Source of the DNA: a virus
Lineage: Duplodnaviria > Caudoviricetes
Length of the DNA stretch: 64,000 nucleotides
Virus record (IMG/VR): IMGVR_UViG_3300010352_001202
Reading direction: 5' to 3' (one strand)
Part shown: positions 9,428-20,074 of the stretch, in pieces
Position numbering within the stretch: position 1 is the stretch's first letter
Layout of the letters: each line of letters begins with the position of its first letter
Translations under genes and position numbers: made by a program
Notes under the pieces: generated by a model
The model's database searches: none
What the model was told of the DNA's origin: nothing
The model's input: the letters and a program-made list of their open reading frames with translations, nothing else

Positions 9428-12082
9428 ATGGATTTTAATTTTGATACGGGCGAGATTTATGGTGGTCTTCAAACCCTCGATGTAACAGTTCTTCCACCAC
9501 TAGGCGGCCAAGCAGGTGTTTTGACAATTGTCGGTGATGGTGCCCTAACAGTTCCAGTAGGAACTCAATTACAACGCCCGGTGACACCAACAGCAGGTAT
9601 GTTCCGTTTCAACGATGACACAGACCTTCTAGAATACTATGATGGCACACAATGGAATCCATTGTCGACATCATCGAGTACAGTTTCTTCTGTAGCAGCG
9701 AACTCGAACTCGTCTGGTTTAACAATCACAGGTTCACCAATTACATCTGCTGGTACATTCCAATTTACACTTGATGCCGGCCTACAGGCACTTTCAGTTA
9801 AGTCATCTACAGGCATTATGGTTCAGACTGGTTCTGACACATACACATCTGTTTCGATTGACGGAACCGTAGGTAACATTTCGGTTACAAACAACGACGG
9901 TACAGGCGGCAATCCAACTATTAATCTTGCCTCTGTTGTACAGGGCAGTGGTGGCTCCTTTCTAAAATTCACACTCGATGGATTTGGCCGTGTAGTCCAG
10001 AACACCGCAGTAGTTCAGTCAGATATTACAACTCTTGTTGATAGCGTCTATGTAAACGTAGCCGGTGATACAATGACTGGTAACTTGAACATGGGTGGTA
10101 ACAGTATCACTAACGTTGCTGCTCCAGTTAACGGCGGCGATGTAACAAACAAGGATTATGTTGATGCTCTTGCCAACGGTCTTTCATGGAAGCAATCCGT
10201 TACAGCAGCAACAACAACAAACGGTGTTCTTGCTACAGATTTTGAAAACGGAGATACATTAGACGGTGTTACACTTGCAACCGGAATGCGTATTCTTATC
10301 AAGAACCAAACCTTACAAGAAAATAACGGCATTTATGTTGTTCAGGCATCTGGTGCTCCAGTTCGTGCCACAGACATGGACGCAACAACTCCTGTTAACG
10401 AAATTAACGGCGCTGCTGTATTTGTTGAACAAGGTACAGCCAATGCTGATACAGCATGGGTTCAGACTGCTAATGTTGTAACATTAGGAACAGATCCTAT
10501 TGTTTGGGCTCAATTCGCAGGTGCTGGTGCTTATACAGCAGGTAATGGTTTAACATTAACAGGTAATCAGTTCTCGTTAACATCCCCTGTTTCTGTTGCT
10601 AACGGCGGTACAGCACTTTCGTCGACACCATCAAACGGTCAAGTCCTAATTGGTAACGGAACAGGTTATACACTTTCGACACTAACTGACGGTACAGGTA
10701 TTAGCATCACAGAAGGTGCTGGTTCGATTACAATTTCTAATGATGGTGTTCTATCTGTTACTGGTACAACAAACCAGATTACAGCTTCACCAACAACAGG
10801 AAACGTTGTTCTAAGCTTGCCATCGACATTGATTGTCCCTGGTTCATTAGAAGTAACAACAACATTCCAGGTTGATACATTCACTCCAAATAGCATGTTG
10901 TATGTAACAACAGGTGGTGAAGTTGTTTCAACAGCAGCATTGACAGATGGTCAAATTCTAATCGGCGACACAGGATCAGTTCCTGTGGCTGGCACAATCA
11001 CTGGCGGAACAGGTATTACCGTAACAAACGGCGCCGGTACAATTACTATCGATGTTGATTCGACAGAACTTGTAACAAGTTTCAGCGCAGGCACAACAGG
11101 TCTAACACCAAACACACCTACAACAGGAGCAGTTACATTAGCAGGAACTCTTGCTACAACTAACGGTGGTACAGGCCTAACAACAATCGGAACAGCTAAC
11201 CAATTCTTAGCAGTTGATACAGCAGGCACAGCACTAGAATACAAGAGCATTTCGGCAGGTACAGGCATTTCTGTAACTCCTGGTGCTGGTGTTCTAACAA
11301 TTGCTAACACTGGTGTAACATCGGTTGCGTTGTCGCTTCCTGGTTCAGTATTCAATGTTACTGGTTCCCCAGTAACAACAACCGGAACACTAACTGGTGC
11401 GTTCACGACACAATCGGCTAATACAGTTTTCGCAGGCCCAACATCCGGTGGCGCAGCAACACCAACATTCCGCGCACTTGTTCTTGATGATCTTTCTACA
11501 GCACTTCAGTTGTATACAGAAAATCCAACAACACCTACATCTCCTGTAGCTTCCGGCAATAACGCCGTAGCTATCGGTAGTGGAGCTACTGCTACAGCAG
11601 CAGGAAGTTTTGCGGAAGGTGCCGGAACAGATGCTCGTATTTTTGGACAAAAGGCATACGCAAACGGTTCGTTTGCTACAGCCGGCGATGCTCAGCATGG
11701 TGTTTATGTTCTTAGAACACAAACAACAAACAACACCTTAACAGAAATGTTCTTAGACGGCCCTGGCGGAACACAGAGTATTGTTCTTCCTGACAACTCT
11801 TTATTTGTATTTGATATCTTTGTTGCAGGTCGCAGAACAGATGCTGTCGGCGGCGGCGCAGGTTATAGATTTGTTGGCGTTGCAAAGAAGGACACCACAT
11901 CGGGTTCGGTAACTTTTGTCGGTACACCATCGAAGACAATCATCGGCGAAACAAATACACCATGGGATGCCGCAGTCTCAGTTAATACTGCAAACGGTTC
12001 TATGCGTGTTCGTGTAACAGGCGAAACAGGCAAGAATATTAATTGGGTTGCTACAGTCCTAACCACAGAAGTTACAAACTAA
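9428..12082 (+). CDS. Long tail-fibre-like protein
   Basis: N-terminal PVGT..RP..GMFRFN motif, NKDYVD motif, RILIKNQT..ENNGIY motif, T/G-rich repeats. Confidence 0.75.
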   Translation: MDFNFDTGEIYGGLQTLDVTVLPPLGGQAGVLTIVGDGALTVPVGTQLQRPVTPTAGMFRFNDDTDLLEYYDGTQWNPLSTSSSTVSSVAANSNSSGLTITGSPITSAGTFQFTLDAGLQALSVKSSTGIMVQTGSDTYTSVSIDGTVGNISVTNNDGTGGNPTINLASVVQGSGGSFLKFTLDGFGRVVQNTAVVQSDITTLVDSVYVNVAGDTMTGNLNMGGNSITNVAAPVNGGDVTNKDYVDALANGLSWKQSVTAATTTNGVLATDFENGDTLDGVTLATGMRILIKNQTLQENNGIYVVQASGAPVRATDMDATTPVNEINGAAVFVEQGTANADTAWVQTANVVTLGTDPIVWAQFAGAGAYTAGNGLTLTGNQFSLTSPVSVANGGTALSSTPSNGQVLIGNGTGYTLSTLTDGTGISITEGAGSITISNDGVLSVTGTTNQITASPTTGNVVLSLPSTLIVPGSLEVTTTFQVDTFTPNSMLYVTTGGEVVSTAALTDGQILIGDTGSVPVAGTITGGTGITVTNGAGTITIDVDSTELVTSFSAGTTGLTPNTPTTGAVTLAGTLATTNGGTGLTTIGTANQFLAVDTAGTALEYKSISAGTGISVTPGAGVLTIANTGVTSVALSLPGSVFNVTGSPVTTTGTLTGAFTTQSANTVFAGPTSGGAATPTFRALVLDDLSTALQLYTENPTTPTSPVASGNNAVAIGSGATATAAGSFAEGAGTDARIFGQKAYANGSFATAGDAQHGVYVLRTQTTNNTLTEMFLDGPGGTQSIVLPDNSLFVFDIFVAGRRTDAVGGGAGYRFVGVAKKDTTSGSVTFVGTPSKTIIGETNTPWDAAVSVNTANGSMRVRVTGETGKNINWVATVLTTEVTN

Positions 12083-12097
12083 TAGGAAAATATAAAA

Positions 12098-14686
12098 ATG
12101 GATTTTGATTTTACAACGGAAACGATCACCCCTGAGCTTACCAATTTATTAACAATTGGTGGGACGGGGGGCTTTGAACTGCCTGTAGGTACAACCGCTG
12201 AAAGACCGGTCTCCGGTCTTTCAAATGGAGCTCTGCGTTACAACACTGATTTGAGCAATGTCGAGGGATATATTAACGGTTCGTGGACAACCATGGCCAC
12301 CGGTACTACTTCGATTACCTTAACAGGCGATGTTACTGGTTCGGGCGCAGGAACAATTCCTACAACTCTTGCAACTGTCAACTCTAACGTAGGAACTTTT
12401 GCGTCAGTAACAGTTAACGGAAAGGGGTTGGTTACCGCAGCAACAGCACTTTCAGGTGATGTTACCTCTTCTGGTGCCACAGTTACTCTTGCCACAGTTA
12501 ACTCTAACGTCGGACAATTTGCAGTTCAGACTGTAAATGCGAAAGGTTTAGTAACTGCTGCTACCACACTTGCAGCAACAGGTGATGCAACAGGTACATC
12601 ATCGGGCGCAGGAATTGCCTTAACACTTGCCACCGTAAACGGTTCGCCACAGACTGACACATTCCGCAAGATTACAGTCAACGGCAAGGGTCTGGTCACG
12701 GCCACATCGGCAGTAGCAACAGGTGACATTACAACAGCTCTTGGTTACACTCCAGTAAACAAAGCCGGTGATTCGATGTCCTCGGGTGCTAACCTAACAT
12801 TCGTAGGCGGAGGAACTGTAACAGGTTTACCTACACCGACAAACGGAACTGATGCTGCCAATAAGAATTATGTTGACTCGTCTATTGCTGGTCTTTCGTG
12901 GAAGCAATCTGTTCGCGCAGCAACAACTACAAACGGAACTTTTGCTACAGCATTTGCCAACGGTCAGACAATCGATGGCGTTACACTTGCTACAAATGAT
13001 CGTATTCTTATTAAGAATCAAACAACTCAGACAGAAAATGGTATCTATATTGTTCGGGCATCTGGTGCTCCAGTTCGTTCAACTGATGCTGATGTTGGTT
13101 CCGAATTAGTCGGTGCTACAGTTTATGTAGACCAGGGAACAACACAGGCAGATTCGGGTTGGACGCAGACAACCGCAGCACCAATTACAATTGGTTCGTC
13201 AAACATTGTTTGGGCTCAGTTCTCTGGATCGGGTTCCTATACAGCAGGCGCAGGTTTAACATTAACAGGTAATCAATTCTCGTTGACATCCCCTGTTGTT
13301 GCTACACTCGGCGGTACTGGTCAGACAACATACGCCATTGGTGATATCCTATACGCAAGCACAACATCGGCACTTTCAAGACTTGCCGATGTAGCTACAG
13401 GAAATGCTTTAATTTCTGGTGGTACAAATACAGCACCGAGCTGGGGTAAGATTGGTTTAACAACTCACGTAACAGGAACCCTACCTGTTGCTAACGGTGG
13501 TACAAATCTAACATCTATTGGTACAGCTAACCAAATTCTTGGTGTAAATACAGGCGCAACTGGTTTAGAATATAAGACAGTAACAGCAGGTACAGCAATT
13601 TCTGTTACACCAGCAGCAGGTTCGATTACCATTGCTAACACTGGTGTTACTTCTATTGCTGGAACAGCAAATCAGATAACAGCATCAGCAGCAACTGGCG
13701 CAGTTACATTATCTATGCCGGCAAACGTTACAATTGGTACAAGCTTAACAGTTTCGGGACTATCGGCAAACAGTTTCTTATATTCGGGAACAGCAGGTCT
13801 TCTAACAACAGCAACACCGACAAACGGTCAGCTATTAATTGGTTCCACCGGCGCAGCACCAGTAGCAGCAACATTAACTGCTGGTACAGGAATGAGCATC
13901 ACAAACGGTGCTGGTTCGATTACATTGAACAACACCGGTGTTACAAGCGTTGGTCTTTCGTTACCTGGCATTTTCACAGTCTCGGGTTCTCCAGTAACCA
14001 CAACAGGTACGCTGACTGCTACTCTAGCAAGCCAATCGGCAAACTTGGTGTTCGCATCGCCAAACGGTTCCGCTGGAACACCATCGTTTAGGGCTCTTGC
14101 TTATGCTGATCTTCCGATTGTTCTGTTCAAAGAAAATCCATCGAGTCCTGTTGCCCTTGTTGCTTCAGGTGCCAATTCTGTAGCAATTGGTTCGGGTGCC
14201 TCTTCAACAGGTGCTAATGCTATTGCCCACGGTGCCGGTTCTAGTTCTAACGTTGCCAACATCGTTACATTTGCTAACGGAAGTTTTGCTTCGGCAGGTG
14301 ATGCTCAATCGATTCGTGTTGTTTCTAGAAACTCGACAACAAATAACACAACAACAGAATTGTTTGTCGATGGTTCGGCACAGCGATTGGTTCTGCCAAA
14401 TAACTCTGCCTGGACATATAACATTCAGGTCGTTGGCCGTAGAACAGATGCTACTGGTGGTTATGCTATGTACAATTTTGTTGGTGGTATTGTTCGTGAT
14501 GCTACAGCAGCAACAACGACTATTCCAGCAAGTTCGAGAACAACTATCTTTGAAACTGATGGTGCTTGGAACTGTACAATTTCGGCAGATACAACAAACG
14601 GTTCGTTGAACATTAATGTAACAGGTCAGGCAGCAAAAACAATTCGTTGGGTAGCTACTATCGAACTCACACAAGTAACCAACTAA
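12098..14686 (+). CDS. Long tail-fibre-like protein, paralog of 9428..12082
   Basis: Same domain order and motifs (PVGTTAERP, NKNYVD, RILIKNQT..ENGIY, C-terminal IRWVA). Confidence 0.75.
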   Translation: MDFDFTTETITPELTNLLTIGGTGGFELPVGTTAERPVSGLSNGALRYNTDLSNVEGYINGSWTTMATGTTSITLTGDVTGSGAGTIPTTLATVNSNVGTFASVTVNGKGLVTAATALSGDVTSSGATVTLATVNSNVGQFAVQTVNAKGLVTAATTLAATGDATGTSSGAGIALTLATVNGSPQTDTFRKITVNGKGLVTATSAVATGDITTALGYTPVNKAGDSMSSGANLTFVGGGTVTGLPTPTNGTDAANKNYVDSSIAGLSWKQSVRAATTTNGTFATAFANGQTIDGVTLATNDRILIKNQTTQTENGIYIVRASGAPVRSTDADVGSELVGATVYVDQGTTQADSGWTQTTAAPITIGSSNIVWAQFSGSGSYTAGAGLTLTGNQFSLTSPVVATLGGTGQTTYAIGDILYASTTSALSRLADVATGNALISGGTNTAPSWGKIGLTTHVTGTLPVANGGTNLTSIGTANQILGVNTGATGLEYKTVTAGTAISVTPAAGSITIANTGVTSIAGTANQITASAATGAVTLSMPANVTIGTSLTVSGLSANSFLYSGTAGLLTTATPTNGQLLIGSTGAAPVAATLTAGTGMSITNGAGSITLNNTGVTSVGLSLPGIFTVSGSPVTTTGTLTATLASQSANLVFASPNGSAGTPSFRALAYADLPIVLFKENPSSPVALVASGANSVAIGSGASSTGANAIAHGAGSSSNVANIVTFANGSFASAGDAQSIRVVSRNSTTNNTTTELFVDGSAQRLVLPNNSAWTYNIQVVGRRTDATGGYAMYNFVGGIVRDATAATTTIPASSRTTIFETDGAWNCTISADTTNGSLNINVTGQAAKTIRWVATIELTQVTN

Positions 14687-14725
14687 TCTTACTTAGATAA
14701 ATAGTAGGTTATATAAGGGAATTTG

Positions 14726-15904
14726 ATGGACTTTGATACCACTCTCGAAACTATAACCCCCATAAAAACACCAGCATTAACTGTTGGTGGAACTGGGGGT
14801 TTAATTGCACCGGTAGGTACTACTGCTGAAAGGCCTGTCTCACCTACCAACGGGTTGTTACGGTACAATAGTACGACTTCTAATATAGAATTTTATGTAA
14901 ATAGCGCCTGGGTAAACTACCTTCCTGTTACTGTTACTTCACCTGTTATCACACAAGTTGTTACCTATGACGGCACAAAATGGGTTAACTCGAGCATTGT
15001 AGGATCGAATGCTTCGGGTACTATTGGCGTTTCGCCTTCGGGCGGCGGTACAGCATGGACCTTAGTCTCTGGCTCGCGATATACCGCAAATTTTGTGCAT
15101 AATTTAGGCACAACAAACGTGTCTGTAACTGTATGGGACACGTCAAATAATCAGATTGTTACACCGCAAAGTGTAACAACAACGAACGCTAATACCGTTG
15201 CTATTGTAGTTACAGGCAATACGAAAACTCTAAAGGTTGTTGTTATTGCTAATGGTGCTGCTATTGTAGCAGGCGGTTCTACTCCGTCTTCTGTTATCAC
15301 CGCATACGAAGGTGTAACAGTTTCTGCAGCGGCCACAAAATTAAATTTCCAAGGTCAGGCAGTCGGAGTTACAGATGCTGGATCGGGTACAACCAATATC
15401 ACTATAGGTTCGAGATTTACCTTCTTTGCCGCTTCTCTAGATACCCCGGTAAACGCAGATTTTGCTGTGAATGCCTTGGCAGTTATGATTACAGATCCGA
15501 CGTACAATTCTTTAAATGTGCGTGCGTTTAGTAATTCAACTGAACAGGGTGTAGCATATCTAGTTTCTATACCAGCTGGCGCAACAGCAATGACTGTAAA
15601 AATTCGTGGCAGAGCACAAACAGCACCGGGTGTTGCTTCGGTAGTTCAACCAAGAATTTATTACAGACTTTTGCCAAATAATACAGCAGTAGGCGCATGG
15701 TCAGCAGCACAAGAATTGGCAAATATTTCTATCCCCACAAACGCTAACTTTCAGTATGCTACTCAGACTATTCTGCTATCTACATTAGGATTAACTGCTG
15801 GTAATCTATATCAAATGGAATTGACACGACGCATTGCCGGTGTTACAGGAACAAACCTAGCAGCTAATTTCTTAATGGCTGAACTCACTGTGGAATTCGC
15901 ATAA
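14726..15904 (+). CDS. Tail-fibre-like structural protein
   Basis: Shares the MDF..PVGTTAERP..GLLRYN N-terminus. Confidence 0.65.
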   Translation: MDFDTTLETITPIKTPALTVGGTGGLIAPVGTTAERPVSPTNGLLRYNSTTSNIEFYVNSAWVNYLPVTVTSPVITQVVTYDGTKWVNSSIVGSNASGTIGVSPSGGGTAWTLVSGSRYTANFVHNLGTTNVSVTVWDTSNNQIVTPQSVTTTNANTVAIVVTGNTKTLKVVVIANGAAIVAGGSTPSSVITAYEGVTVSAAATKLNFQGQAVGVTDAGSGTTNITIGSRFTFFAASLDTPVNADFAVNALAVMITDPTYNSLNVRAFSNSTEQGVAYLVSIPAGATAMTVKIRGRAQTAPGVASVVQPRIYYRLLPNNTAVGAWSAAQELANISIPTNANFQYATQTILLSTLGLTAGNLYQMELTRRIAGVTGTNLAANFLMAELTVEFA

Positions 15905-16620
15905 TGGCAATTCAAATGACCGGCGTGACCAATAGGCATTTGTACACAACAAGTACAAATTTTTTAGCATCAACAGATCCATACTCTATTTCTGTATGGA
16001 TTAATGCTATATGGAATGGTGGCACACGTTTAAGTTATGTAGGAATGTATAACGGGGACCTTGTTGGTGGAACAACTACTGGATTACAGATTGGAACAAG
16101 CACTGGCGCCGGCGAAGTAACTTGCTGGACCTACGGCGGCGCACCTATGGTTGAGAGCGCCGCCGGCGCCATGACGCCTTTTAATAATACATGGGTAATG
16201 ATAACATATACATACGATGGTACAAATCATCGTGTATATAGAAACGAAGTATTACTTAATACAGATACAGTCGCCCAGAATCCAGGAACATTTACTCAGA
16301 TTTATATAAATGGATATCCGCCGACAGGCACAACAAACGAAACATCGACATATCAAATCGACTCCTATAATTACTACGGCAGAACATTAACGCAGCCAGA
16401 AATTCAGACAATTTATGAATCTCGTGGCAATAGACACGCCATTACATATACTCAGATCGCAGCATATGACTTTGATGAATTAGCACAAGGTTCGACAGTC
16501 ACTGGGGTAATTGATATCTCTGGTAACGGAAATACTATGATAAATACAGGAGCAGGTACTGCGATAACATATACCTATACCGGTACAGTAGCAAGTTCTA
16601 ATTTAAGGCCAGTTCAATAA
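15904..16620 (+). CDS. LamG/concanavalin A-like lectin domain protein
   Basis: YSISVWIN..WVMITYTYDGTNHRVYRN..RTLTQPEIQTIY pattern. Confidence 0.75.
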   Translation: MAIQMTGVTNRHLYTTSTNFLASTDPYSISVWINAIWNGGTRLSYVGMYNGDLVGGTTTGLQIGTSTGAGEVTCWTYGGAPMVESAAGAMTPFNNTWVMITYTYDGTNHRVYRNEVLLNTDTVAQNPGTFTQIYINGYPPTGTTNETSTYQIDSYNYYGRTLTQPEIQTIYESRGNRHAITYTQIAAYDFDELAQGSTVTGVIDISGNGNTMINTGAGTAITYTYTGTVASSNLRPVQ

Positions 16621-17372
16621 TGTCAGACGTTTTAGGTTCACTATCATTTCTAGATACACCAGATGTTAATGGTGTATTAGTTCTTACGGCTACTTCGGGC
16701 GTAAATTCTGTTTCTGGTACTGCAAATCAGATTGCGGTTACCGGTTCATTACCTTCGTATACTGTAGGGCTTGCGAGCGATCCAATTGTTCCGGGCCTAC
16801 AAAGAATGAGGCTCCCTTTAGGGGCAACAGCAGATCGTCCAACCGGTGGTGCAGGAGATATTCGCTACAATACAACATTAGGTTATATAGAAAACTATGT
16901 GGGTGCTTCTTGGTTACCTATGGGTCGTGTTTTACAAAAGGTTACAGGAACTATTCCTGCTGTAAATACTACGGCAGTTATTCCTAACGATAATACCGTA
17001 CCTACAAACACAGAAGGTGTTCAAATTTTTACAAATACATTTACACCATTATCTGCGACATCAACTGTTATTGTTTCCTACAGTGTTAGTGTCGGGGCAA
17101 GTTCTAATAACATTTCTGTAGCTACGTGTGTTTTCTCTGGGGCAACTAATCAAGGCGCCGCCGTTTCTCGCTGTGCTACAAGTACCGGCACAACAGGTGT
17201 TCTATATCCACTACCAATCACAGTTGCCTGGCAACCGGGTTCAACCGCTTCGATTACAATTTCGGCAAGAGTCGGACCTATGGCAGCATCTACATGTTAT
17301 GTTAATTCTCATGCTACAGCTTTCTTTGGTGGTGCTCTAGTTACCGATTACACAATTACAGAGGTTATCTAA
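16620..17372 (+). CDS. Tail-fibre-like structural protein
   Basis: LPLGATADRP..GDIRYN motif and a beta-rich C-terminal domain. Confidence 0.6.
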   Translation: MSDVLGSLSFLDTPDVNGVLVLTATSGVNSVSGTANQIAVTGSLPSYTVGLASDPIVPGLQRMRLPLGATADRPTGGAGDIRYNTTLGYIENYVGASWLPMGRVLQKVTGTIPAVNTTAVIPNDNTVPTNTEGVQIFTNTFTPLSATSTVIVSYSVSVGASSNNISVATCVFSGATNQGAAVSRCATSTGTTGVLYPLPITVAWQPGSTASITISARVGPMAASTCYVNSHATAFFGGALVTDYTITEVI

Positions 17373-17884
17373 TGTCACAGAAATATACATACATGGAAAT
17401 CATCGGGAGATTTTATCCTGATGTCGGCTGCCATTTAGAGGGCGAAGATAATGTGTATGAGGATATAGTCTATGACTATGGCAGTTCTATTCCTGCAAAA
17501 TTAGAACTTGAAACAAAGATGCTTGAGGCATTAAGGTCTGATTTGTGGGAAAATATCAAGGTAGAGCGCGAAAGGCGCAAAGATACGGGTGGTTATAAGG
17601 TGGGCAACTATTGGTATCATTCCGATACAACATCTCGTATTCAACAGGTTGCCCTTGTTATGCTCGGTGCCAACATGCCGAGTAATATTCTTTGGAAAAC
17701 AATGTCTGGTGCCTTCGTACCAATGACACCCACACTTGCTGCTCAAATTTTCCAAGCAGCTATGGTATCTGATACAATTATTTTTGCGACAGCAGAACAG
17801 AAACGAGCAGCCATGTTGGCAAGTGCTGACCCTGCTAACTACGATTATCTCTCAGGATGGCCTAAAATATACGGCGAGGAGTAG
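17372..17884 (+). CDS. Tail-fibre assembly-like protein (DUF4376-like)
   Basis: IKVERERRK.GG..V...WYHSD..SRIQ..WKTM..FVPM pattern. Confidence 0.6.
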   Translation: MSQKYTYMEIIGRFYPDVGCHLEGEDNVYEDIVYDYGSSIPAKLELETKMLEALRSDLWENIKVERERRKDTGGYKVGNYWYHSDTTSRIQQVALVMLGANMPSNILWKTMSGAFVPMTPTLAAQIFQAAMVSDTIIFATAEQKRAAMLASADPANYDYLSGWPKIYGEE

Positions 17885-17885
17885 T

Positions 17886-18506
17886 ATGAAAAAACTTTGG
17901 ACTTCATTTGTGGATTGGGTTGTAATTACAATTGGAAAGATACATTGGGGTTACAAAGATGGGTTAACGGTAAAGGAACTTTCAGAGGTTCGAAATTTAT
18001 TAATCCCGAATTACTATATCATCCTTACTCATAGAAAAAATCATTTATCGACTTTCTTTGTTGGTCTGGCAAGCTGGGTTCTTACCGGAAAATGGAGCTA
18101 TTGGGCTCATGCTTTAATGAACCTTGAAGATGAAGTTAAGTCAGACAACGATTTTCGATTGATTGAAGCAACAGGTAATGGCACACATTATTCACCGTTT
18201 GATCTGGTGTTTCGAGTCCACGGTGTTGTTCTTCTAAAGCCTAAGAATATGTCAGCAGAACATTGGACTAAGGTAATGGATAAGGCCAATACAGAATTGG
18301 GTAAGCCTTACGATTCGTTATTTGACCTAAGAAATGATCAGCGTTTGAGTTGTGTTGAATTAGTCAGATCAGCATTAATGGCAGAACCTGACTACGAAAA
18401 GAATTTTGCTAATTTCGAAGCAATGATAAAGTCAAGAAAAAATCTAACACCGGAAATGTTTTATGAGTGTGACGATTTTGAAATTGTATACGAGGTAAGA
18501 CACTGA
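17886..18506 (+). CDS. Permuted papain-like NlpC/P60 (YiiX/YebB-like) enzyme
   Basis: His before Cys: WAHALM..LIEA..LGKPYD..LSCVELV. Confidence 0.7.
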   Translation: MKKLWTSFVDWVVITIGKIHWGYKDGLTVKELSEVRNLLIPNYYIILTHRKNHLSTFFVGLASWVLTGKWSYWAHALMNLEDEVKSDNDFRLIEATGNGTHYSPFDLVFRVHGVVLLKPKNMSAEHWTKVMDKANTELGKPYDSLFDLRNDQRLSCVELVRSALMAEPDYEKNFANFEAMIKSRKNLTPEMFYECDDFEIVYEVRH

Positions 18507-18507
18507 T

Positions 18508-19053
18508 ATGGCAGCAATTAATTATGTTTCAGCCGCAGCAATGATGGATCCAAATGTTAGTTTCAGTTCATATGCCGATCCTACTGATTACGATTCTTTA
18601 GTATGGAACACTACTCAGATTCCAGAAATAGATTTAGAAAATCATTGGGTAATGTGTGAAAAGAAAAGGATTATAGATAAACTAACAGACGATATGATTG
18701 TAGCGGTGCAGGCAGGATTTACGTCCGATGTATTAGTTCCGGGAACATTCAGAAAATATGATACAAGTATACAAGGTCAAATAGGTATAATTGGCGCATA
18801 CATATACTCGATGAAAGGTATAGTTCATCCTACAGGTCGTACATTTAACCTTGCAAGCTATGATTTAGTATACGGATTGATAAGTGTAGACCAATATACA
18901 GCGAACCAACTTTCTACGTTACTCGATGTTTTTGCTACTTTTTCAGAAGGGTTGATGCAAAAACTTACTGATAAGATTATCCAAGTTCTTGCAATAAATG
19001 AAACAAATCCGCACGATTCGTTGGATTTGATTTATGCTGTTACCTGGAATTAA
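18508..19053 (+). CDS. Hypothetical protein, weakly tail-fibre-assembly-like
   Basis: Intact ORF in operon; GFTSDVL..YDTS..Q pattern; ends in VTW. Confidence 0.45.
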   Translation: MAAINYVSAAAMMDPNVSFSSYADPTDYDSLVWNTTQIPEIDLENHWVMCEKKRIIDKLTDDMIVAVQAGFTSDVLVPGTFRKYDTSIQGQIGIIGAYIYSMKGIVHPTGRTFNLASYDLVYGLISVDQYTANQLSTLLDVFATFSEGLMQKLTDKIIQVLAINETNPHDSLDLIYAVTWN

Positions 19054-19490
19054 TGCTGACTTAAGATAATATTTAGTTTGTCAATTGCCTTTGCATTACA
19101 GAAACTAATCTTAGCTCCTTGATGCATAGGCTTAGGCCATTGTCCCAAATCAATCCAACAATATCCACAGCTCTCGACATTGAGTTCGGGAACAAACTCT
19201 TCCTCGACAATACACACAAAGCTATAATATTTGAAATGTTTATCTTTACTTTGATAGACATCAAACGGATATATCTTTTCAATATCCGGTATAAACCCCA
19301 TTTCTTCTGTAAGTTCGCGAAGTAATGCTTCTTTGGGTTGTTCACCATCTTCCATCATTCCACCCCACAAAGACCAACACATTGAATGTGTTTTATGTGG
19401 TGCTCTGAGGTTTAGAAGAACTCTCTTAGTTTTGGTAGAAACAAATATTGTTCCTACACCGGTTTTGTTTTGAATGATGTTTGTGTCCAT
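19050..19490 (-). CDS. Nudix hydrolase
   Basis: Nudix box GGMMEDGEQPKEALLRELTEEMG. Confidence 0.9.
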   Translation of the reverse strand: MDTNIIQNKTGVGTIFVSTKTKRVLLNLRAPHKTHSMCWSLWGGMMEDGEQPKEALLRELTEEMGFIPDIEKIYPFDVYQSKDKHFKYYSFVCIVEEEFVPELNVESCGYCWIDLGQWPKPMHQGAKISFCNAKAIDKLNIILSQH

Positions 19491-19501
19491 AAATACTACT
19501 T

Positions 19502-20074
19502 ATGAACTATAGTGAACACTACAATCGCCTAATAGATAGAGCCAAAGTAAGGACTATTTTGCCCGACACCTATATTGAAATACATCATATTGTTCCTAAA
19601 TGTATGGGCGGAAATGATGATTCTGATAATCTCGTGAAGCTATTACCGGAAGAACATTTCGTAGCACATCAGTTACTGGTAAAGATATATCCAACAAATC
19701 CTAAGTTGGTATTTGCGGCAAAAATGATGTCGGTAAATAATTCTACCCAATGCAGGAATAATAAATTATACAAGTGGATAAGATTACGATTATCTTCTGT
19801 TATGTCAGCAATGGTTCGTACCGAAGAACATAAAAAGAACATATCTTTGTCCATGATAGGTAAATCATATACGAAAGGTATTCCGAAAACTGATTTACAT
19901 AAATTAAATATGTCAATAGCAAAGAAAAATAAACCTAAGAATAAAGAACACCGTAATAAACTATCTAGTATTCTAATGGAATTGCCTCCACTGGAATGCC
20001 CACATTGTGGCATTAAGGGTAAAAACGGCCCAATGCGTCGATGGCATTTCGATAATTGTAAGAATTACTCGTAA
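19502..20074 (+). CDS. HNH homing endonuclease
   Basis: EIHHIVPKCMGGNDDSDNLVKLLPEEHFVAHQLL; C-terminal CPHC..WHFDNCK. Confidence 0.88.
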   Translation: MNYSEHYNRLIDRAKVRTILPDTYIEIHHIVPKCMGGNDDSDNLVKLLPEEHFVAHQLLVKIYPTNPKLVFAAKMMSVNNSTQCRNNKLYKWIRLRLSSVMSAMVRTEEHKKNISLSMIGKSYTKGIPKTDLHKLNMSIAKKNKPKNKEHRNKLSSILMELPPLECPHCGIKGKNGPMRRWHFDNCKNYS

